DNA from: Oculina patagonica
Lineage: Eukaryota
NCBI RefSeq assembly: GCF_052425735.1
Contig: NC_135769.1
Span: 16,926,001-16,990,000 of the forward strand
Reading direction: 5' to 3'
Length of the DNA stretch: 64,000 nucleotides
In this document: positions 36,673 through 48,503 of the stretch, piece by piece
How positions within the stretch are numbered: the stretch's first letter is position 1
Layout of the letters: every line of letters starts with the position of its first letter
The notes under the pieces: generated by a model
The model's database searches: none
Told to the model about the DNA's origin: nothing
Seen by the model: only the letters and a program-made list of their open reading frames with translations
Translations under genes and position numbers: made by a program

Positions 36673-38010
36673 TCATATATTCCTGCAGACAAGTTGAGCA
36701 ATCAGTCCCCGCGTCTCCCCATGTAGCCGTTTCTATATTCCCTGCGTCTACTGCAGCGAGAGAAAATGTCAACAATTTTCTTCTAGAATTCACCTTGTTA
36801 AATATAATTTCTGTCGTGACCATCTCTTGTTTAAATGCTGATGAAAATGAGATGGTGTTGGTGCTGCTGTGTTACGCACGGATTCCTCAGTTCCATTAAT
36901 TGGTTTCCCTGTTGTAGGCCCCTCATGCACAACAGCTGCCTGTTCTCTGGCTGTTTGCTTTCTCTTGCACAACAACATGTCACGGAGATGTTCACGGAAG
37001 CTCTTCATCCGCATGCTGTACATAACCGGATTAATACAAGAATTTAATGTGACCAATAATGTACCGCTCTTGTCGACCCACGCACCCACAACTGCCTCTC
37101 CACCCCAGAACTGTATGACGTAGGCTATCAAGTTCGGAACCCAGCAGACTGCATAGATCACGCTGACCGTAATCAGCGTTATGGTAACTTGCTTGCGATA
37201 GCGTAGCGTAGCTCTCTGGGAAGCTTCCAAATTCTCGACTGGCTTGAACAACAAGTGATGCACTACTCTGGAGTACATGTATGCCATGATGCTTACAGGG
37301 ACTATGCCTGCTAGAACCATCCAAGCCAGACTTCCCACTTTGGCCTCCACGTAGCCAAAGTTACCGTCACGTTTGCACGAACGTAGGTCGGGTTGATAAT
37401 ATCTGATTTCTATAAAGCCATGCATTTGCATCAAAATAGCAAAACTCCATCCAAGGACGACGAAGACTTTCAGACGTCGCTTTGTAAATCTACCGTGCTG
37501 GCGAAGTGGATGAATAATGGCAAAATAGCGTTCCACAGCAATGTAGACCAAGCACAGAACGGACATAGCACCACCAACCCACGCTATAGTTCCGTCTGTG
37601 ACATTACATATTTTATTATGTTAAATTAAGCGAGCTTTTTCTGACAGTTTATTCTTTTCATTTTTGAACTTGAAAATGATGTCATGATGTCATGATGTCA
37701 TGACTCCGAAACGTCGTTCGTTATTATCGTTTATTTTTACTTGCCTGTGTATATCAAAACCCTTGCTTATATGTGAAAAATTTACACAGGTATCGGCCTG
37801 TCTGTCCTTCAGGGTGGACAATGAATGGCATCATAATGTACTGAATACTTATGGCTAAGGAGAGAATCATGTCGGCGACAGCTAAATTGACCAGTCATGA
37901 TAATTGAGTGTAGTCTTCATGGGCTTGTTGATAAGGACAGTTAAAATGAACAGCGTGTTGCCGACCAGGGATATAAGTAAAAGGATTGATTGCACCACGA
38001 TAAATATCAT
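36673..38010 (-). pseudogene. GPCR copy 8, disrupted
   Basis: 170-bp insertion at 37602-37771, small frameshifting insertion near 37895, frameshift near 36852; otherwise very similar to copy 10. Confidence 0.88.
37602..37771 (+). mobile_element. 170-bp insertion, probable Penelope-like terminal fragment
   Basis: TGTGA duplicated on both sides; contains ttgaaaa...tgactccgaaacgtcg hammerhead-like motif. Confidence 0.6.
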
Positions 38011-40415
38011 CTTAACAAGAATTCAGAGTCACTTTGATCTAAAAGTGAAAACACATAGTGAGAGACTAATGATAGCTTTTTTTCACTAAAAGCAATCAGT
38101 ATGGATATTGCACATTCATCAGTCACCTACATAGACTAAATATCTAAGCCAAGTACATCGATTTTAGCACAATAAAAATAACATAACTAACACGAGATTA
38201 TGAAATTACAAAAAGTGATAATATTATACCCATCTCGTAGCTTTTTCTTATTTCTTGAACGAGGAATACCAGCGAAAAACGAATCCCTATTAATCCCTCT
38301 CACATTCTGTATTGGTTCGGTGGTCCCTATTGCAAATACATTACTGTGTTTTGGAGAAGTATTATCATTCATACCTCGACTATTAAAAGAAGTTCGGAAG
38401 TAGATTCTGTAATAATTCCTTCCAACTATAGCATCCAAAGTAACAACGAGGGTCTTTATTTTTGAAACTTAACGATATCATATAATACGAAATTTTGCGC
38501 TGGAGCCTACTTACGATTTCTCGAATGGCGGCAAATGGCAGAGCACACCTTGGAAAGCACTGTGTTGGTGAAAGAAACGCTTCAGTGACATATAGCTTTG
38601 GTTTGGACTAATTCATGGCTTCGAAAACCTTTCGGCCCTTTGATGTACAAATAACCTAAATTTTATTTCATAATTTTCTTACTTGAAGTTGACTGTTTGT
38701 TTGTTGTTTGTTTGAGAAGGACTGCGATTGACTCAAGTTCCAAACAAAAGTAAACAAAAAAAGGCACATGAAGAAATAATAAGATTACTCAGCGGTACTT
38801 TTTATCTATTGTTACTGATGCTGATTAAATATCTCTCATTTTTATTTATATACTTTAAAATTATATTCCTTTGCTTGGTGCTTGGCTTCACAATCACTGT
38901 TCACGAAGAGTTATATTTTTGTAAAACGAGCTTTTCTGGATTTTAATAAACAACGAAATCTTCGACCAAGATTGAAAACATGCACATGAGCACTTTTCTT
39001 CCTAACAAAATTGTTCAGAAATCTATTAATGCAAATATTATTCTTTCGTGTTTTCTATTTCCGTAAGAATAAGTACTTTTTGATTACTTTGCCATCCTGC
39101 GGAGGTTTTATTGGATTTTTCATTTTCACAAAACAAAAAGCCTTTTATAAGAAGCTCTACACATGCGAACGGTAATTGTACACGGGAAACAAATGCATTA
39201 GACTCCTGTCACGTCTTATACAATTTAGTTCCTCTCAAGAGGGAAAACACTCATTGATCGTGGTCATAATATTGTACACTCCCCAGGTTTAGGACTAAAT
39301 GGTTCAAGGGGTCTTTTATAAAGAGATGTGTTTTCTATTTGTGTAGAACTTTATTATTGCATTGGGCATCGATCGATGGCCTTTTGGTAACTTTCATCTT
39401 TTCTGTATTGTAAAATTGTTGCATAAAGTAAACTGAGTATATAGGTGCTGTTAAAAGAACACTGTATTGACTTCCGTCTGCCAGGATTCGGCAAATCTAT
39501 TATTTGTATTAACATTTTGAAAGCGCAGATCTAATTCATCGACAAATCGGTTCTCTTTGTTGTTGGTCTGTATGCGCCGATATGTCAATCAAAACAATTG
39601 ACTGACCTCTTGAAATTAATATAGTTTTGTCAGCCATTAACAGGAATCAGACTTTCTCTTTCACTCGCTACCGTTTTCTTCTTCTTGCATAATTAAGTAA
39701 AACAAGGAAATGCAGTACAAAGAGTTATATTTACTTTATTACTTTACTTTTATTAGACTTTATATTTAACCTGGGAGTTATTGACAAATTTATTAGTCAA
39801 GAGCAAGGTAGGCAATGACAACAATGATGAAAGCGAATTTATATGCAGTGCTCATTCTCGTTTTGGAAATCACTTACAGAAGGTCTAAGAACCCAACAAC
39901 GCTTATACTCATACGGCTGCTTTTATATCTCGGGTCTACTTTTCTAGACTAAGTTTTCTTACTGACTGAGTTACAGACCACAGACATACTTTGTCAAGCT
40001 AGCTTTTTTCCTTTCACAAAACGTTAAAGTTTTAAAAAAAACCACGAGAGCGTTTTAACGAGCTACGGCTCCTAAGCTCTACGTGGATAAATAAATTATG
40101 TCTACGTCTATGTCTATGTCTACCCTCCTTACTTTTGAAATTCGCAGTCTTTTTATTCCGCTTCGTATGGTCTTCATCATAACTCAATACTTCGCGGCAA
40201 AAACTCCGCAGAGAACATGAGCAAGTTAGTAGTATGTAATTAAGGCTTGTTTTAAACCACTTTTTTGAGCACAAATCTCATTAGCGTGAGCAGGAATACA
40301 TTTACTGGGTGACGTCATAGAATCATGAATAAAATGCGGTGGATTTGATTAAACTGTGAGTGATTTCATGTTCTTTTTTCCCTTTGTTGATATAACCAGA
40401 GGCCAGGTTTGTCAT

Positions 40416-41892
40416 GTTCTATTTTTTCTTGGCTGGTATAACCGGGTTGACAGGATTTACTCTTTGGATCACAGTAGCGGTTTAATTATCATCGTTATTG
40501 TATTATGGGCATCAGTACTAGTTGTTTTTCATTCTATTTGAAATCACTGGAAGAAGCATTGGGGTTGTAATTATGCAACCTTCTTATTGCATAGATTATC
40601 AAACGCAGACATCATTGTTTTCAATAAATGGTTTTATACGCGATGCGCTTGAGTGAACTCAGTGATAAAAGGGTTTAAAAACTTAGTCCCAAGCAAAAAC
40701 ATTTGCAAAATTTCTTTTTCCTTCACCACAATTCTATTGTTTTCCACCGCCACCACCACCGCCACGATTCTATTGTCCTACACCACCACCACCACAATTC
40801 CATGCCGCCGCCTCCTTCTCCTCCTCCTTAATTCTATTGTTTACCTCCTCCTCGTCTGCCTCCTCCTCCTCTACAGTTCTATTATTTTCTTCGTCCACAA
40901 CCACCTCCACCACCATCACCACCACTACGACCGCTACCGTAACCATAACCATCACCACCGCGAATACCACCACCTCCACCACCACCACCACCATCATCAT
41001 CATCACCACCACCACCACCTCAACGAACCCACCACCACCGCCAACACAATTGTATTGTGTGCCACATCCACACCCACCGCCACAACCACAACCACAGGGT
41101 CGAGGTAAGGTCGACGTGTGGTTGCTGTGAGGTCGATGGAGGTACAACCCAGGGTACAGAGTTGGTACAGAAAAGTTACTCAGTTCACGCTCTTGTGCTT
41201 GCTTACCCTGCTTATACCCCATCTATACCCCCTCTGCACCTTGCATTGACCCTCCATCGACCTCACATCAACTTTACAACGACTTAATGTCAAACCCGTG
41301 GTTGTGGTGGTGGCGGTGGTTGTGCTACAAAATAAACTTGTGTTGGCGGTGGTGGTGGTGGGTGTTAGTGGAGGTGGTGAAGGAGGTGGTGGTGGAGGAG
41401 GAGGAAAGAAGGAGGAGGAGGAGGAAGTGGTGGTGGTGATGGTAGTGGTGGTGGTGATGGTAGTGGTGGTGGTGTTTGTAATGGTCGCGGTGGTGACCGT
41501 AGCGGTGGTGGTGGTGGAGATGGTTGTGGACGATGGAAACAATAGAATTGTGGTTCATGGAATTGTGGTGGTGGTTTAGGACAATAGAATCGTGGTGGTG
41601 GTGGTAGTGGTGGCGGCGGTGGTAAACAATACAATTGTGGTGGTGGACATTATGCAAATGTTTTTGCTTAGGACTAAGTTTTTAAGCGCTTTTATCACTA
41701 ATTTTACGCGCATCCAGTATAAAACCATTCTTTAAAATCAATGATGTCTGCATATGATAAGTCATGTTTGCATAATTACAAACTCGATGGTTCTTTCAGT
41801 GCTTTCAAATCGAATGATACATTAATCTGCTACTGTGATCCAAAAAGTGAATCCTGTCAACCCGTTTATACCAGCCAAGATAAAAACAGAAC
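40416..41892. repeat. ~1.5-kb imperfect fold-back with CCA-rich left arm and TGG-rich right arm (most complete copy)
   Basis: Outer arms pair (cttggctggtataaccgggttgacaggat / atcctgtcaacccgtttataccagccaag); inner arms pair (gaggtcgatggagg / cctccatcgacctc); ~90-bp spacer. Confidence 0.88.
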
Positions 41893-42245
41893 CTGTTGCG
41901 CGTGCGAGCCTAAGCGAAAAGAAACACTTTATTTATCTTTTGAATGTACTCAAGTTAGAACTCACTTCGAAAAGACGTTCCAAAGGCTTTAATCTATGTT
42001 TTGAGAAATGTGGTTGCTTACAGACATTTTTCTGTGTTATTATATGGCCGTATTCTTGCAGTAGCCTTGAAAGCTGCGTTTGTTCTATTGTTTCTAAAGC
42101 ACCTAAAGCTTCCTCAGTTCTCATATTTTTTGCAGAGAAGTTGAGCAATCAGTCCCTGTATCTCCTGTTACCTGTTTACTCTCTGTAAATGTTGTGCATG
42201 TGGCCGTTTCTATATTCCCTTTGTCTGCTGCAGCACCCGAAAATG

Positions 42246-43307
42246 TCAAAAGTTTCTTCTGGAATTCGCTTCGTTAAGTGAGATTTCTGTCGTGAGCATC
42301 GTTTGTTTTGATACTGATGTGAACACTGATGAGATTGTTGCTATTGTGTTACGCACAGATTCCCCAGATCCACTGAATTGTTGCCCTGTTGAAGGCCCTA
42401 CACGAACAACAGCTACCGGTCCTCTGGCTGTTTGCCTTTTCTTGCACAACAACATGTCACGCAGATGTTCACGGAAGCTTTTTATCCGCATGCTGTACAA
42501 CACCGGATTGATACAAGAGTTGAAAGTGACCAGTAATGTGCCACTCTTGTCGTACCACGAACCCATAACCTCTCCACCCCAGTACTGTATGACGTAAGCT
42601 ATCAAGTTCGGAATCCAGGAGACTGCGTAGATCAGGCTAACCGTTATCAGCGTTATGGTAACTTGCTTGCGATAGCGTAGTGAAGCCCTCTGGGAAGCTT
42701 CAAAATTGCCGACTGACTTGAACCACAAGTGATGCACTACTCTGGTATACATGTATACCATGATGCTTACAGGGACTATGCCTGCTAGAACCATCCAAGC
42801 CAAACTTCCCACTTTGGCTTCCACATAACCAAAGTTATCGTCACTTTTGCACAAACGTAGGTCGGGTTGATAATATCTGGTGTCAATAAAGCCAGTGATG
42901 TTGATCAAAATAGCAAAACTCCATCCAAGGACGATAAAGACTTTCAGACGTCGCCTTGTAAATCTAACGCGCTGGCGAAGCGGATGAAGTATGGCAAAGT
43001 AGCGTTCCACAGCGATGTACACCAAGCACAGAATAGATACAGCAGCACCAACCCAAGCAATAGTTCCGTCTGTGAAAAATGTACACAGGTATCGGCCTGT
43101 TTCTCCTTTGGGGTGGGCAATGAATGGCATCATTACATACTGGATACCTATGGACGAGGCGAAAATCATGTCGGCGACAGCCAAGTTCACCAGCAGATAA
43201 TTGAGCGTAGTCTGCATGGGCTTGTTTATAAGGACAGTTAAAACGACCAACGTGTTGCCGACCAGGGATATAAGAACAAGGATTGATAACACTGCGATGA
43301 ATATCAT
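42246..43307 (-). CDS. GPCR copy 9 (353 aa), 7TM intact, frameshifted distal tail
   Basis: Full motif set; ORF ends RRNF* while paralog-like tail sequence continues out of frame. Confidence 0.87.
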   Translation of the reverse strand: MIFIAVLSILVLISLVGNTLVVLTVLINKPMQTTLNYLLVNLAVADMIFASSIGIQYVMMPFIAHPKGETGRYLCTFFTDGTIAWVGAAVSILCLVYIAVERYFAILHPLRQRVRFTRRRLKVFIVLGWSFAILINITGFIDTRYYQPDLRLCKSDDNFGYVEAKVGSLAWMVLAGIVPVSIMVYMYTRVVHHLWFKSVGNFEASQRASLRYRKQVTITLITVSLIYAVSWIPNLIAYVIQYWGGEVMGSWYDKSGTLLVTFNSCINPVLYSMRIKSFREHLRDMLLCKKRQTARGPVAVVRVGPSTGQQFSGSGESVRNTIATISSVFTSVSKQTMLTTEISLNEANSRRNF

Positions 43308-43371
43308 CTTAACAAGAATTGAGAATCACTTTGATCTAAAAATGAAAACGCAAAATGAGAGATTTTTTGTC

Positions 43372-43871
43372 NNNNNNNNNNNNNNNNNNNNNNNNNNNNN
43401 NNNNNNNNNNNNNNNNNNNNNNNNNNNNNNNNNNNNNNNNNNNNNNNNNNNNNNNNNNNNNNNNNNNNNNNNNNNNNNNNNNNNNNNNNNNNNNNNNNNN
43501 NNNNNNNNNNNNNNNNNNNNNNNNNNNNNNNNNNNNNNNNNNNNNNNNNNNNNNNNNNNNNNNNNNNNNNNNNNNNNNNNNNNNNNNNNNNNNNNNNNNN
43601 NNNNNNNNNNNNNNNNNNNNNNNNNNNNNNNNNNNNNNNNNNNNNNNNNNNNNNNNNNNNNNNNNNNNNNNNNNNNNNNNNNNNNNNNNNNNNNNNNNNN
43701 NNNNNNNNNNNNNNNNNNNNNNNNNNNNNNNNNNNNNNNNNNNNNNNNNNNNNNNNNNNNNNNNNNNNNNNNNNNNNNNNNNNNNNNNNNNNNNNNNNNN
43801 NNNNNNNNNNNNNNNNNNNNNNNNNNNNNNNNNNNNNNNNNNNNNNNNNNNNNNNNNNNNNNNNNNNNNNN
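43372..43871. other. Assembly gap (500 N)
   Basis: Run of N; the round size suggests the true length is unknown. Confidence 0.99.
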
Positions 43872-44069
43872 TTTGGTTTTCTTGTGCTTATGTTTATGCT
43901 TATGCATGTCACGTGAGAACCGTCTAAGAACAATGAGGGCGTTCGTTCTTTTTATGCGCTTATGTGTATGCTTGTTTTTATGCTTATACACAGTTAAAAC
44001 CAGTCTTGAAAGTAAATTACCAGTAGCTTGAATACGGCAAGATTTTTACGAAATTTCGATTTCTCTCAG

Positions 44070-47000
44070 GTGCTGACGAAGGAGAGAGTGATTGCCTCTT
44101 TGTTTCCCACCTTACTGGGGAAGATTTACTTCATTGCGGTTCTTCTGTTATACCATGCCGGACTTTACCACAAGCACTACGGTTAGTTCGCGATGGCGGA
44201 AAGATTTGTCTTGACGGAAGGAAGAGCGAGTCACATCCATACGGCTGTTTAAGAATGGACGGTCCTAATGGAGTGAAAGGCAAACTTATAGACAAAAGTG
44301 TTACAATCCATGGTCAGTTCTCGAAGGCTCATATTTCTTGTGAACATCGCGATAGCCTAACTTTTGGTGCACATGCCAGAAATAAGTCTCTTGAAGTAAC
44401 CCTCTCAAACCTTGCATTCGACAACAATGGAGTCATTTTTATCAATCTGTGCTCTTTTACCGTCTTCGTAACCAACTGCAGATTTATGAACTGTCCGTAC
44501 GGTGTTGGCATGCGACAAGAAGAATCTCTTGCACAAGTCTGTCAGAAGTCGACCCTTGTAGTTACGGCTAGTGAATTCTGGTACAACAAATATTCTATAT
44601 TTGTCTACGTGTTTAATGAGTTCTTCAATCTGACAATCTCGCGGTGCCTTTTCGAGGGCAAAAAAGGACGGTTTAAAGTAATCTCGGAATCTAGAAATAC
44701 AACAGGCGCTGTTCATGTCTGGTCAACAATACAGTTGAAAAAGAGGATCCGTACACATACCTTTATCACCGATTCCATCTTTCGTCAGCTTGGCCACGAA
44801 GACAACAGCTTTGCATTGGCAGTCTCGGTTCATGATATTTATAGCGCTGGATATGTGTCATTATTGAACACATCGTTTATAAACAACGAAAACTCCATTT
44901 GTGTTCAAGGTGGAATTGATTTGCGATTGACAGAAGTGAACATTAACTCAACATTTTCATATGCAATTGTAGCCGGTGGTTCTCCAAAGTTGGTACAAAG
45001 AGTAGTTGGTGTAAAGGTTTTCCTAGATCGATGCATTCTAGTGAACAACAGGGTTGGCATAAGAATGGCAACAACCACTTGTTTGGCGAGTCGCCATTAT
45101 TGCACAGCAAGTGACCAAACACTTGTTGTTAAAAACAGCCTTTTTCTAGGAGGTCCCGAAACACGAGGCAACGGTGATGCAATCAGGTTTTTTGTAGAAA
45201 ATAACATGAAAATGTTAGAACCTTTCAATTCGAGGTTTGGGTTTGAAGCACAGCTTAGACTTGAAAACGTTACATTTCAAGGATTACATGACTGTGCATT
45301 GTCTGTTGGTGCAGACAAGCTTGTCTATGGGCTGATCTCGGTAAAAAACTGCAAGTTTCTTAACAACCACCAGTTTGTGTATCGATTAGATGCACGGGCA
45401 ACTGTACAAGTAGAATTTCAAAACGACGACCCGCCCAAATGTCCACGCAAAAGAGAAGGCGAGAAAAGTAGCAACCTCATATGGAGCAAGAAGTTTCAAC
45501 TTCCGGTGATTTTTGAAGATACCATATTTGAAGGTAACATTGGTATATCTGGAGCTTTGAACTTGTTAAACGGCAACGTCACTTTCAGAAACTGTATCTT
45601 TAAAAACAATGAGGGAGTAACTATGGGAGGTCACGTCTATATGAAGACAGGCTACGGACGTCTCACCATCGAGAACAGCACCTTTACCCAAACAAGTTTG
45701 AAGAGACTCTCTAATGTTTCAAGCTATGGCTGTTTCCTGCGATCTGAAAGTGCTGGCTATTTGACAATAAAGAACTCATCTTTTACAGCAAGCGTCAACA
45801 GGAAATTTTATCCAATATTTGCAACTACAAAGAGCAGTTCTATAAACATCGATGAATTGTCCTTCCTGCAATGTCCAACTGGAAAGCAGATCAATCTGGA
45901 GAAAATGACAAAACAAGATGGCTTTGAATTTGTCAAAGGAAGTGAAACATGTTGGATAAACGTCAATTACATCAAGGTATTTTGTGAAGAGTGTCCTGAT
46001 GGTTTTTACAGTCTACAGAGAGGATCTACCAAAGGTTTAAATATCAACAATGCTACTAGGTGCCTTAAATGCCCTTATGGAGCAACTTGTCAAAATGGAA
46101 ACATTGTAGCCAAAGAAAACTTTTGGGGTTACCACATTCCAATTAGACCAGCAAATCTGCAATTTGTTCCATGCCCACTTGAATACTGTAACCATCCAAA
46201 CCATCCTAACCATTTTTCATATAATGGTTGTCATGGCAGACGGTCAGGTGTGTTGTGTGGCCAATGTTTTGACGGATACAGTGAAGCGTTGTATTCTACA
46301 TCCTGCAGGAAGAAAGAGGAATGCAACGATCACTGGTTTTGGATGGCGACATTTATCTACTTCGTGGTCTTTGCCATTTACGTCGTCTTTAAACCTCCTA
46401 TATTCTCAATGTTATATCGGCAGAGCATGTGGTTTATAAGAACATCCGAAGGTGGCGACAATAGACAGGTGTCATCAAACGATGACGCCAGTAATGACAA
46501 ACACGATGCCGGGTATCTAAAGATCGTCTTCTACTTTTATCAAGTTGCCGAGCTGGTAATGATCAAGTCCCCGGAGAAAACCCTTCACATGGTTCCTTTC
46601 ATTCCACCGGTCATTGCGGTTTTTAATTTCCAGGTAAAAACTATGGACGGTAGCATTGGGTGTCCGTTTCCTGGCCTCAATGCCGTCACCAAAGAACTAT
46701 TCATGTGCTTAAAGTTTCTGACAACATTGCTTTCTATTGGTTCCATCTATGTCATTCATCGAGGCATAAGTAAGTCCTTTTACCTTCCAAATCCATCACT
46801 AGCATTGTACCTGGCTGTGGCTTTGGAAACATTGTTACTTGGATACGAAACACTTGCAGATACAACCCTTAAGCTTATGCACTGCGTTCCTATTGGGCAG
46901 GATTGGCGCTTGTTTGTGGACGGCAACATTCAGTGTTGGCAGTGGTGGCAGTACCTTTTCATTGTCTTCATAGTGGTGTTCGTCATTCCCCTCGTGCTGG

Positions 47001-47740
47001 TGATTTTCTGGGGATCACTAATGCTTTCCAAAAACAGAGTGTCGGCCAAGGAATTCTTAATATCATGTGCTTTTCCTCTGCCTCTTCTCCTTATCTGGCT
47101 GTTTCGGTATTGTAAGACGAGAGCGAATGGAAACCAATTCGAGCTGCTTGGTGGAAATTTCAACGATACCGAAGAAATCAAGAAGGTTCTCCATGACCCA
47201 TTCCGGCCTCCTTCTAATCGCGAGGATGGTACGTTGTACTGGGAAAGCGTGTTGATTGGTCGAAGATTTATTTTGCTGGCCATTCATACTTTTTCTACCG
47301 ATCCCATGATACGGTTCGTCTGCCTGGACTGTGTATGTGTTCTGATTCTGCTGCATCATCTGAGGTCGAGGCCATTTCGCAACCGCAAAGCCAACTTCTG
47401 CGAAACCCTTTCCCTGTTTAGCCTGGTTACCATTTGTACATTCAGTTTAGCTGAAGTCACCTACATTTCCGAGGGACTACAGCCTACTGGACCCAATCAA
47501 AGCTTTGTCCATGTTTTGCAGTGGATAGAGATTGCTGTGCTTGGACTGCTGCCAGCTGTAGCTTGCCTCCTTGTGGTGTTTGCTACTTTATCTCAACTTA
47601 TTCGTGCGCTGTACCACTGTGTTAGAGTCGTGCACAAATACACAACTCGAGCGCTGTCTCTGCGATCTTCAGGTTCTTTCTCAAGGTCCAGTCAGGTCCT
47701 CATTGAGTGGGATTATGAGGAATTATACACTGTAACATAA
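44070..47740 (+). CDS. Large terminal exon of a membrane protein with predicted right-handed beta-helix (pectin-lyase/Pmp-like) ectodomain, Cys-rich region and multi-pass TM domain
   Basis: 1161-aa ORF that extends 61 codons upstream in frame to an acceptor ttctctcag|GT (44069/44070); cap motif GEDxxxCGSxxxPCRTLxxAL; FxxN/GG repeats (FEGNIGISGAL, FKNNEGVTMGGHVY); CEECPDGFYS, CLKCPYGATC, GVLCGQC; many hydrophobic segments in the C-terminal ~450 aa. The first exon is probably in the gap. Confidence 0.85.
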
Positions 47741-48503
47741 CCTGAAAACCCATGGATCTTCAGGACACTTCGTATTTACGCAAAACTTTAACTGTTATAA
47801 ATGCCGAAAGAATGGTTTCTTAGTATACGGCCTGCTTAAATGATTGAGAATAATTCAGTCATTGGATAGAAGATAGAAAATTTGTTGTATTATTCGATGT
47901 TACAGGACTAAAGGCCTATTTCTCAGCATGAACAACAATACAAAAAACTTACAATTTATAGAGCATGCAGAAAGAAACTTTTTGTTTAGATTATAGTTTG
48001 TAGCGTTTCTCACAACACTGTAAAAATTTCACTATTAAGTCAGGAGCAGCAAACGAGGAAGTTCTGTCAGTGGTCTTGGAATGTCGTTGTACTGTTTTCC
48101 CGTATCGTTTAGGGCCTTTTAAAGGGACATCTTTGTAAACTAACACAATCAAGAAACGTTTAGAGTGAATAAACCTCCATTTTTACGGTCTGCTAGTGAT
48201 AACATATACTCCTGACAGTCACTGCCACGAGTTCACCATGTGTGTAAAAAAAAGTTGAAGGTTATTTTCTGAATTTCGGAGTTGAGTAATAATGGACAGA
48301 GTTACAGCAAAACTTCAAAACATAAATAAATAAAAATGACGTCAACCTTTTTACTCGATTTAAGCGCACTCAATACTTCCCAGCGAAAACTTCGCTGGGA
48401 ACATGAGCAGGTTAATGTGTGTAATGTTCATTGCGAACTCAGCGAACTCAGTTAGAAAAGACATTCCTAGAGCTTCCAGCTACTTGTTGCGAAATTAGGT
48501 TTC

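Noticed and set aside
43201-44031. ORFs spanning the N run
   Set aside because: Artefacts of translating the gap
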